This document shows, in pieces, positions 28,009-39,000 of a stretch of DNA of 64,000 bases (positions within the stretch are counted from its first letter, which is position 1; each line of letters opens with the position of its first letter). This stretch comes from Eledone cirrhosa (taxonomy: Eukaryota): assembly GCA_964016885.1 (NCBI GenBank), contig OZ024742.1:302064001-302128000 (forward strand), written 5' to 3'. The notes beneath the pieces were generated by a model. It saw only the letters and a program-made list of their open reading frames with translations, was not told where the DNA came from and made no database searches. Both the position numbers and the translations under genes were made by a program.

Positions 28009-28128
28009 AACTCTTTTAACCTTCTTTTGATCTTATATTATTTATACTCCAGTCCTATAAACTGTAGAGTGCTACTTATCCGATATTTGCATTGCTTTAT
28101 TGTGCTATAATAAAACTCACCTCCTACA

Positions 28129-28222
<94 letters not shown>

Positions 28223-28549
28223 GATAGATAGACGGATCAGGATTTTCCTGTTTGAAATTAGTACAAACAACAAAAATCACAATACTGAAGATTTAATAAA
28301 ACTAAAAGTAATAGGTCACACAAGTACATGTGTCATTGTGATTGTGCTTCTGTGTACGCAAACATGCACGCGCACGCACACCCACACACCCACACCCACC
28401 AATAACTGGAGATGACACAACAATAAACATATATTGTTTCCCATGAAAATTCTTCAACTCAGGTTTTCTTCATTACTCCAATAATACAGTATTTCTCACA
28501 CACTGAAAATACAAAATATATAGCCAATTGTTTCTAGAATCATAATATA

Positions 28550-29118
28550 ATTGTTTCTACTTTAGGCACAAGGCCAGCAATTACACAGTACATTACTGGT
28601 ACTTTATTTTATCGACCCCGTAAGGATGAAAGGCAAAGTTAACCTCGGCGGGATTTGAACTCAGACTGTAAAAGGACGTAACTATGCTGGAAAGCATGGC
28701 GTCCGACCCTCTACCGATACTGCCAATCATAATATAATAAAGGGAGGAGTGTGGGACTGCGTCCTGAATATATTTTTTTATCCTATTAGTAAAATAAGTT
28801 AGATTACTTTGAATAAATAATTGTTTCTAGTTTTGGCACAAGGCCAGCGAATACTCAGTACATTACTGGTACTTTATTGTATCGACAACGTAAGGATGAA
28901 AGGCAAAGTTAACCTCGACGGGATTTGATCTCAAACCATAAAGGGAAGTAACTATGCTAGAAAGCATGGCGTTCGACCCTCTACCGATACTGCCAATCCA
29001 TTACTTTGAATAAATAATTGTTTCTACTTTAGGCACAAGGCCAGCAATTATCCAGTGCATTACTGGTACTTTATTTTATCGACCCCGTAAGGATGAAAGG
29101 CAAAGTCAACCTCGGCGA
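28550..29118 (-). mobile_element. Three tandem SINE copies
   Basis: TTGTTTCTA(C/G)TTT(A/T)GGCACAAGGCCAGC...GGATGAAAGGCAAAGT repeated at ~28550, ~28820 and ~29018. Confidence 0.8.
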
Positions 29119-30544
29119 ATGAATATTACATAATTTATGTACTAAATTTCGTAGCTGTTGATTAAACATAAATATTCTTATATATAATGATTGCTAATTT
29201 TAAGATTTACTTCTTTTAAAATTTTCAAATGTCAACACCTCCGGTTAGCGTTCATTATATTACATCGCTAAACATTCATATATTTGCATCGTTATATACG
29301 GTTTATATTTCTGTCACTAATTTCCTTCTTTTTCGTTTTCATAAAATTTTGCCATAATGCCGTTTATATATAATATCGTCTTTTTAAAATGTATCATGGA
29401 TTACTTAATCGATTACAGAGAGAGTGTAACACAGTCTCCCTTCAATTTCTGTGCATATTGTCAATTACGATTTTATTTGGTGTATCATATCTACATGTAT
29501 ATATATTTGTGCATAATATCAATGTGGTTTTTCTGCTAGTTTACATTAATGGCTTTCAAACAGCCAATATCCTTTTCATGACCACTTATCCACTTATTGA
29601 TGCAAGACCACACCCCTGACGAGACAGCTTATTCACAGCAGGGAGTATTATTCCCAGTTTGGAATTTACTGTTTAAACAGCAAGAGCTCAGTCAACAGGC
29701 CTAACTCTCTAATACACACACATATATATATAATTTCACCAACAGCCACAGCCAATCTTGCAAATATAATTGATTATAAAAGCTGTTGCAATGAATGGAA
29801 GGGAATTATAACAGTCTGTAATTATAATGGTTTGTAGGGTTCTGTAACTCCTGATAGAGTCGTAGGGGCGTCGTATTAACTTACAGTGTTACTTGAGCAT
29901 TTTAAGCCTGGCGGAGCCCATCCCTCTCCAGGCCTGAGTACAGCAGATTTCTTCAAGAGAAAGATAGTAAGTGAGAGAGAGGTAATTAGAAAGAGAGATA
30001 GAGGAAGAATCGACCCCAGTACTAGTCTGGTACTTTTTTTTATCAACCTCAAAAGGATGAAAATCAAAGTTGACCTCAGCGGGATTTGAACTCCGAGATC
30101 AGAGGGCTGGAACGAATATCACAAAGCATTCTATCTGACGTTCTAATGACTCTGCCAATTTGACGTTTATGTAATTATAATACAATGGAATAATTATTAA
30201 AATGTTGATGTTATGACAGTTTCAAAAGGACAAAAAACTCTGTGACCACTTCATAAACCAACCTGTATCAAAATAAACATCAACAAACAATAATAGCTAA
30301 AATGTTTTTCTTGGGTTTTTCTCTTTCTGATATTAGTTTCTGTATTTTTAAACATTTTTTCTGAAATTACTACAATTTACTAGCACTGATTACAGGTGAT
30401 TACAGGTGTTTACAGGTGTGCAATGAATGCTAAATAAACAATAAATAGAAAGTTTTAAGAAATATAAAAACATGTCGTCCCATATGTTATTGTTGTTACA
30501 TGACACTTGACTCAGTAGCTTCATCACATATATATATATATTAC

Positions 30545-32080
30545 AGACCCACACTCCCCCCGGCCTGAACTCCCCACCCTTATTCCTTTAGCCTTCGACC
30601 CCCCCCCCACACACATCCCCCGCTAACACCACTAACACACCCCTCCTTTTCACCGCCCACCCCACAACTAACAATACTAACGCCTCTACTCCACCTCACA
30701 TCGGACCACCCTTCCCCAACTAACATACTAACATCCCTCCCTTCTTCTCCTCCCCCCTCCTTATCACACGCACACACCCACCGGCACATATACACACGCG
30801 CTCACACTAAACACACCCTAATACCACCACTAACCCTCACCCCCACACATCCACCCCACCACCCCGCAACTAACATCACTAACACCCCCTGACCCCAAGC
30901 ACACGAACACACGCACCCACTTACACCACCCACCCTACACGCAACTAACATCACTAACACCTCCCAACCCCACGCACACGTACACACACACCCTCATACA
31001 CCACCAACTCTACACACCCTACCACCACTGAACCCCACTCACACTCGCATTCAACCCTTTCTCCACCTCCTGTATACTAACACCCACTAACACCCCCCTT
31101 CATCAAACTACACACACACCAGTACACCACACTCCCTCCATCGACCCCCACACCCTTCTCTCCCCGCTCCACCCACACCCTTTCTCAAACACTCACTCAT
31201 CCCACTAACACCTCTACTAATACACCCCCCTCCTCACTCCAACTTTCACTCCTACCCATCCTCGCCCCTATACCATTCCACCTTACTGTGCTATGCCCTC
31301 TGACCACCCCCCAGCACACACAGACACACAGCACTCCTACTGCCTTGACCACTTCCTGTTGCGCGCGCACCCCACATCTCCCCTCTTCCGACCAATCTCT
31401 TCACGGATTACTCGTATGTGGACCTTGACCGTGGAATCAACTACCATCCTAGGATTTTACCAACCATTCTACCACATCTTCTTACGGAATCACCTTTACG
31501 ACTCACCCACACACACACCCCCCAACATTTTTTCCCACACGCCACCTACACCCACAACACGCTTAAACACCACACACACACACGTGCGTCCCACCACATA
31601 TTTACACATTCAGCCTCCGGATTCCTCTCCCCCCACCCCTCTATCCACACACGCACACACACTCCGACCTACATCCCACCCCACAATTACCTCTTCCTGA
31701 ACATGCAACCCCGTTCTTCCCCCAACCCTTGCTTTCACATACACACACACACCACCTTCAGCCCTCCCCGCTCGGACACCCCGTCTCCCTCTCCCCACTC
31801 CACCCGCCACCACCCCTACACGCCCCACACCCTTCCACCACCTGTTTTACCCCAGTTTAATTTTATTTTGATCATGCTTTTATTTTTATTTTTATTTTAA
31901 TTTTTATTTTCATTTCCACCGTTTCTTCCCACCCCTTTTTGCTATATGTCTCTCCACCACTCCCCTACACACCCTTTGAACTCTCTTCCCACACACTTTT
32001 CACCTGAAGAAGGGCTTATGCCCGAAACGTCGTTCCCCACCACCACCCCACTCTCAAGAGCGTGAAATTAATAAACATTC
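30545..32080 (+). repeat. C/A-rich, G-poor low-complexity segment ending in a minimal HHR; probable Penelope-like terminal region
   Basis: Extreme C-strand skew over ~1.4 kb bounded by (TA)n; HHR core at 32004; AATAAA at ~32070. Confidence 0.55.
32001..32033 (+). ncRNA. Minimal hammerhead ribozyme motif
   Basis: AC-CTGAAGA-AGGGC-TTAT-GCCC-GAAAC-GTC-GT; palindromic ACGT stem III, GUC triplet, only 2-bp stem I. Confidence 0.6.
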
Positions 32081-32120
32081 GTTGTACTGCCTCTCTGTTT
32101 TGTTCTTGTTAAAATTTTCC

Positions 32121-32240
<120 letters not shown>

Positions 32241-32295
32241 TATGTGTGTCTGTATGTGCGTGTAAGTATGTATGTGTATATATATATATATATAT

Positions 32296-32859
32296 ATCAT
32301 CATCATCATCGTTTAACGTCCATCTTCCACGCTAGCATGGGTCTGGACGGGAATTGTCCCACTTGAGGCAAGATTGGTTGTCTTGCTCAGGACTGTCTGG
32401 CGGGTTTTCTACAGCTGGATGCCCTTCCTAACACCAACCACGTTTACAGTGTGGACTGGGAGGTTTTTACCGTGTTACCTACACGGCCACATTACAGCGT
32501 GGACTGTGTGTTTTTTTTGTCGTGACACCTACAAGACCTCATTTATTTAGGACTGGATGTCGTGGTACCAACATAGCTTTACATCGAAAGGGGTGGTGTA
32601 GATGACGGTGGGGTAGGGGTAGTAACACGGGGGTGTATTTTGGTTAAGAGGTGCCTACTGACTGTAGGTTTCGCTTTGTACTTAGGCAAGGCGGGTCTTC
32701 TGTATTACTGCGTAGCGCCAAAGATCTCGGTCCAGTGACATTGTCTTGGAGAGGTGTAAGTGTGTGAGGTCGGATTTTATCAAGTCGTCCCAGGTTTTTC
32801 TGGGTCTGCCTACTCCGTAGCTACCATCTAATTTGATCGTCCTGCACTTTTTTATACAG

Positions 32860-32860
<1 letters not shown>
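32296..32860 (-). mobile_element. RTE LINE 3' fragment
   Basis: SCIKKCRTIKLDGSYGVGRPRKTWDDLI... plus a 3' UTR matching 23488-24050. Confidence 0.88.
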
Positions 32861-32905
<45 letters not shown>

Positions 32906-33128
32906 ATATATGTTTATATGTATATATATATATATATAGGTTTGATCATCACATCGATCGTGCCCCCAGCTGGTCGCCAGAGAAACGATTGTAACATGTC
33001 CAATAAATTCCATTCGTCGCAACACTGATTATCGGAGTCACTGCCCTCCTAAATATTTATACACATACATACACATATATGCATATATATATATATATAT
33101 ACATATATATAGTTAGATAGATAGATAG

Positions 33129-33216
<88 letters not shown>

Positions 33217-33329
33217 CATACATACAAACATATATGACGACTGCACAAAGCAGACATAGGTCTCCGTAAGCTGTAATGAAGGCAACCTGTCTAGGAGAGT
33301 AGACACTTCAAATAAAAAACTAATATAGG

Positions 33330-33740
33330 GTGGAGAGGACTCTTGAGTCTAGTAAGACAACCTCTCTAGTACTGGTGTCACGAATAATGCACCCAATCCA
33401 TGCTGTTAAGTGGTTGGCGATAGGAAGGGCATCTAGTCAGAATACCCCTACCCAAAATATGACAAGCACAAATACAATTTTCACTAATTACATATACAGG
33501 GCTAACACTAGTCATGTTGGTGCTGTGCTCGGTAGTGGGGTGGATAGTGTAGCCATGTGTGAGAACACCTTGGCCTTCATCAAGCAATCGCACAGCCTTT
33601 TTCTGCTTCAGGTATATAGAACCTCTACCCAAGGAAATAACAGCAACTTTCAAGGTACAAATCTCAAGATTGCCACTCTCAATGTTGTTACCCTGAAAGG
33701 TAAATCAGGTGAAATTGTGGAACTGTTAGAGAAAAGAAAA
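33330..33740 (+). mobile_element. RTE LINE 5' fragment (start of AP-endonuclease domain), cut off by the adjacent HHR element
   Basis: NLKIATLNVVTLKGKSGEIVELLEKRK resembles the RTE APE N-terminus (GTLNVGTL.G.S.E.V..L.RR). Confidence 0.7.
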
Positions 33741-34569
33741 GTGTACATCTACATATGTATACGGAAGTATTAGTATGCATATAAATACTCACATGTATAC
33801 ATATGTACATGTACTCAGCTTTTCACTAGACACTTTACAGTGAGTGTCAGCTAGTCTGTATGTAACCACACAGGCGGACCGGGTTTTAGAGTCATACGAG
33901 TTTTCAAGGAAACACATTTCCTCTATTCTCCAGAGGGCCAGACAGGAATATTGGACTAGTTTCGATGTTATTACATCTCATCAGCAATATTTATACTGCT
34001 GTGTAGATGTACACTTTAACTTAATTGTTTAAGCGTCAGTCATACAAAAGTGAGTTAGAAGCGAAACGAAATTTAATTTCGTTTCGTTATTTGTTTTTAT
34101 CGTTTCCGCTGAACCGGTGCGTACAATGACTCACGTTCTATGCAAATTAGTCTACCCACTACTAATTTTCATAGAAAAAGCATATAACGATATGTGCTTT
34201 TACAATTCTCCAGAGAAGCCGGAAGATGGGTAAATATTGCTGATGAGATGTAATAACATCGAAACTAGTCCAATATTCCTGTCTGGCCCTCTGGAGAATA
34301 GAGGAAATGTGTTTCCTTGAAAACTCGTATGACTCTAAAACCCGGTCCGCCTGTATGGTTACATACAGACTAGCTGACACTCACTGTAAAGTGTCTAGTG
34401 AAAAGCTGAGTACATTTACATATGTATACATGTGTGTATTTATATGCATACTAATACTTCCGTATACATATGTAGATGTACACTTTAACTTAATTGTTTA
34501 AGCGTCAGTCATACAAAAGTGAGTTAGAAGCGAAACGAAATTTAATTTCGTTTCGTTATTTGTTTTTAT
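33738..34569. mobile_element. HHR-bearing element: 256-bp inverted duplication plus 469-bp partial tandem
   Basis: 33738-33993 is the reverse complement of 34231-34486; 34002-34100 repeats directly at 34471-34569; followed by (TA)n. Confidence 0.85.
34233..34277 (+). ncRNA. Canonical type I hammerhead ribozyme (mirror copy on - strand at 33947-33991)
   Basis: AATATTG-CTGATGA-GATGT-AATA-ACATC-GAAAC-TA-GTC-CAATATT: 7-bp stem I, 5-bp stem II, palindromic ACTAGT stem III, GUC triplet. Confidence 0.92.
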
Positions 34570-34632
34570 ATATATATATATATATATATTCAATGATATT
34601 AAATAAATGGAAACTATATTTATAAAAGCATA

Positions 34633-34697
34633 TGTATTCTATTATATATATTTCAAGGGTACCAAAACTTTGGTACGCCCTCATCAGATAAAATACA
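34633..34697 (-). ncRNA. Type I hammerhead ribozyme (inverted counterpart of 42811-42875)
   Basis: Reverse complement reads TGTATTTTAT-CTGATGA-GGGCGTACCAAAGTTTTGGTACCCTT-GAAA-TATATA-TA-ATAGAATACA. Confidence 0.8.
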
Positions 34698-34821
34698 AAG
34701 TTTGTTTTATAAATATTGACATAACCAGGAAGAAGATATTAACGGTTCAAGTTTTTTCTGGATAGTTTTGAATCAGTTATAAACATTTATATTTGTTGAA
34801 TTACCAACAAATTAAATTTTG

Positions 34822-34862
<41 letters not shown>

Positions 34863-35143
34863 GAAAAGTTTAGAAATTGTTGTAGCGAGAAGCTAACAGT
34901 ATTCCATAACATATACTTTTTCCTATTTCCCACTCTACTACCCTAAGTATTGAGTACTCTGGTGCGTTATGGTCCATCTGGTTCCTTACCACAATTCCTT
35001 TGTTATATATATATATATATAAATATAGACATAGAATATTCGAAAATATTCTGTATGTTTATAATAAACATTTTGAAGACCTAATCGCTATAGAATAGAA
35101 TACGTCACGTATTACAATTAGATTCTCGATAAAAGCAAGGGAA

Positions 35144-35187
35144 GTAAATCTACGCGTTTCATTCTTATTAGAAATCGTCAGGACTAC
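35144..35187 (-). ncRNA. Type I hammerhead ribozyme, first of 3 - strand copies (also 35455-35498 and 35766-35809)
   Basis: Exact reverse complement of 36029-36072. Confidence 0.88.
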
Positions 35188-36028
35188 ATATCCAGTGCTT
35201 TTATCGAGAATGACACAGCTAGAGACTTATAGAATACTTAGCTGTGTACAGGAACTGGTTTGAAAGAGCGGTTGCCGGTCCGGCAGAAATTAGAAATTGG
35301 AATAAATGCTCTGAAATAGCGATATATATGTGAATATAGACATAGAATATTCGAAAATATTCTGTATGTTTATAATAAACATTTTGAAGACCTAATCGCT
35401 ATAGAATAGAATACGTCACGTATTACAATTAGATTCTCGATAAAAGCAAGGGAAGTAAATCTACGCGTTTCATTCTTATTAGAAATCGTCAGGACTACAT
35501 ATCCAGTGCTTTTATCGAGAATGACACAGCTAGAGACTTATAGAATACTTAGCTGTGTACAGGAACTGGTTTGAAAGAGCGGTTGCCGGTCCGGCAGAAA
35601 TTAGAAATTGGAATAAATGCTCTGAAATAGCGATATATATGTGAATATAGACATAGAATATTCGAAAATATTCTGTATGTTTATAATAAACATTTTGAAG
35701 ACCTAATCGCTATAGAATAGAATACGTCACGTATTACAATTAGATTCTCGATAAAAGCAAGGGAAGTAAATCTACGCGTTTCATTCTTATTAGAAATCGT
35801 CAGGACTACATATCCAGTGCTTTTATCGAGAATGACACAGCTAGAGACTTATAGAATACTTAGCTGTGTACAGGAACTGGTTTGAAAGAGCGGTTGCCGG
35901 TCCGGCAGAAATTAGAAATTGGAATAAATGCTCTGAAATAGCGATATATATGTGAATATAGACATAGAATATTCGAAAGTATTCTATAAGTCTCTAGCTG
36001 TGTCATTCTCGATAAAAGCACTGGATAT

Positions 36029-36072
36029 GTAGTCCTGACGATTTCTAATAAGAATGAAACGCGTAGATTTAC
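36029..36072 (+). ncRNA. Type I hammerhead ribozyme, first of 16 + strand copies (36029+311k, last at 40694)
   Basis: GTAGTC-CTGACGA-TTTCT-AATA-AGAAT-GAAAC-GC-GTA^GATTTAC; predicted cleavage after 36065. Palindromic ACGCGT stem III. Stem I is extended by a 16-bp helix ATTCTCGATAAAAGCA (36005-36020) / TGCTTTTATCGAGAAT (36079-36094). Confidence 0.9.
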
Positions 36073-39000
36073 TTCCCTTGCTTTTATCGAGAATCTAATT
36101 GTAATACGTGACGTATTCTATTCTATAGCGATTAGGTCTTCAAAATGTTTATTATAAACATACAGAATATTTTCGAATATTCTATGTCTATATTCACATA
36201 TATATCGCTATTTCAGAGCATTTATTCCAATTTCTAATTTCTGCCGGACCGGCAACCGCTCTTTCAAACCAGTTCCTGTACACAGCTAAGTATTCTATAA
36301 GTCTCTAGCTGTGTCATTCTCGATAAAAGCACTGGATATGTAGTCCTGACGATTTCTAATAAGAATGAAACGCGTAGATTTACTTCCCTTGCTTTTATCG
36401 AGAATCTAATTGTAATACGTGACGTATTCTATTCTATAGCGATTAGGTCTTCAAAATGTTTATTATAAACATACAGAATATTTTCGAATATTCTATGTCT
36501 ATATTCACATATATATCGCTATTTCAGAGCATTTATTCCAATTTCTAATTTCTGCCGGACCGGCAACCGCTCTTTCAAACCAGTTCCTGTACACAGCTAA
36601 GTATTCTATAAGTCTCTAGCTGTGTCATTCTCGATAAAAGCACTGGATATGTAGTCCTGACGATTTCTAATAAGAATGAAACGCGTAGATTTACTTCCCT
36701 TGCTTTTATCGAGAATCTAATTGTAATACGTGACGTATTCTATTCTATAGCGATTAGGTCTTCAAAATGTTTATTATAAACATACAGAATATTTTCGAAT
36801 ATTCTATGTCTATATTCACATATATATCGCTATTTCAGAGCATTTATTCCAATTTCTAATTTCTGCCGGACCGGCAACCGCTCTTTCAAACCAGTTCCTG
36901 TACACAGCTAAGTATTCTATAAGTCTCTAGCTGTGTCATTCTCGATAAAAGCACTGGATATGTAGTCCTGACGATTTCTAATAAGAATGAAACGCGTAGA
37001 TTTACTTCCCTTGCTTTTATCGAGAATCTAATTGTAATACGTGACGTATTCTATTCTATAGCGATTAGGTCTTCAAAATGTTTATTATAAACATACAGAA
37101 TATTTTCGAATATTCTATGTCTATATTCACATATATATCGCTATTTCAGAGCATTTATTCCAATTTCTAATTTCTGCCGGACCGGCAACCGCTCTTTCAA
37201 ACCAGTTCCTGTACACAGCTAAGTATTCTATAAGTCTCTAGCTGTGTCATTCTCGATAAAAGCACTGGATATGTAGTCCTGACGATTTCTAATAAGAATG
37301 AAACGCGTAGATTTACTTCCCTTGCTTTTATCGAGAATCTAATTGTAATACGTGACGTATTCTATTCTATAGCGATTAGGTCTTCAAAATGTTTATTATA
37401 AACATACAGAATATTTTCGAATATTCTATGTCTATATTCACATATATATCGCTATTTCAGAGCATTTATTCCAATTTCTAATTTCTGCCGGACCGGCAAC
37501 CGCTCTTTCAAACCAGTTCCTGTACACAGCTAAGTATTCTATAAGTCTCTAGCTGTGTCATTCTCGATAAAAGCACTGGATATGTAGTCCTGACGATTTC
37601 TAATAAGAATGAAACGCGTAGATTTACTTCCCTTGCTTTTATCGAGAATCTAATTGTAATACGTGACGTATTCTATTCTATAGCGATTAGGTCTTCAAAA
37701 TGTTTATTATAAACATACAGAATATTTTCGAATATTCTATGTCTATATTCACATATATATCGCTATTTCAGAGCATTTATTCCAATTTCTAATTTCTGCC
37801 GGACCGGCAACCGCTCTTTCAAACCAGTTCCTGTACACAGCTAAGTATTCTATAAGTCTCTAGCTGTGTCATTCTCGATAAAAGCACTGGATATGTAGTC
37901 CTGACGATTTCTAATAAGAATGAAACGCGTAGATTTACTTCCCTTGCTTTTATCGAGAATCTAATTGTAATACGTGACGTATTCTATTCTATAGCGATTA
38001 GGTCTTCAAAATGTTTATTATAAACATACAGAATATTTTCGAATATTCTATGTCTATATTCACATATATATCGCTATTTCAGAGCATTTATTCCAATTTC
38101 TAATTTCTGCCGGACCGGCAACCGCTCTTTCAAACCAGTTCCTGTACACAGCTAAGTATTCTATAAGTCTCTAGCTGTGTCATTCTCGATAAAAGCACTG
38201 GATATGTAGTCCTGACGATTTCTAATAAGAATGAAACGCGTAGATTTACTTCCCTTGCTTTTATCGAGAATCTAATTGTAATACGTGACGTATTCTATTC
38301 TATAGCGATTAGGTCTTCAAAATGTTTATTATAAACATACAGAATATTTTCGAATATTCTATGTCTATATTCACATATATATCGCTATTTCAGAGCATTT
38401 ATTCCAATTTCTAATTTCTGCCGGACCGGCAACCGCTCTTTCAAACCAGTTCCTGTACACAGCTAAGTATTCTATAAGTCTCTAGCTGTGTCATTCTCGA
38501 TAAAAGCACTGGATATGTAGTCCTGACGATTTCTAATAAGAATGAAACGCGTAGATTTACTTCCCTTGCTTTTATCGAGAATCTAATTGTAATACGTGAC
38601 GTATTCTATTCTATAGCGATTAGGTCTTCAAAATGTTTATTATAAACATACAGAATATTTTCGAATATTCTATGTCTATATTCACATATATATCGCTATT
38701 TCAGAGCATTTATTCCAATTTCTAATTTCTGCCGGACCGGCAACCGCTCTTTCAAACCAGTTCCTGTACACAGCTAAGTATTCTATAAGTCTCTAGCTGT
38801 GTCATTCTCGATAAAAGCACTGGATATGTAGTCCTGACGATTTCTAATAAGAATGAAACGCGTAGATTTACTTCCCTTGCTTTTATCGAGAATCTAATTG
38901 TAATACGTGACGTATTCTATTCTATAGCGATTAGGTCTTCAAAATGTTTATTATAAACATACAGAATATTTTCGAATATTCTATGTCTATATTCACATAT

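Noticed and set aside
31293-31900. Pro/His/Thr-rich ORFs
   Set aside because: A consequence of stop-poor C/A-rich low-complexity sequence.
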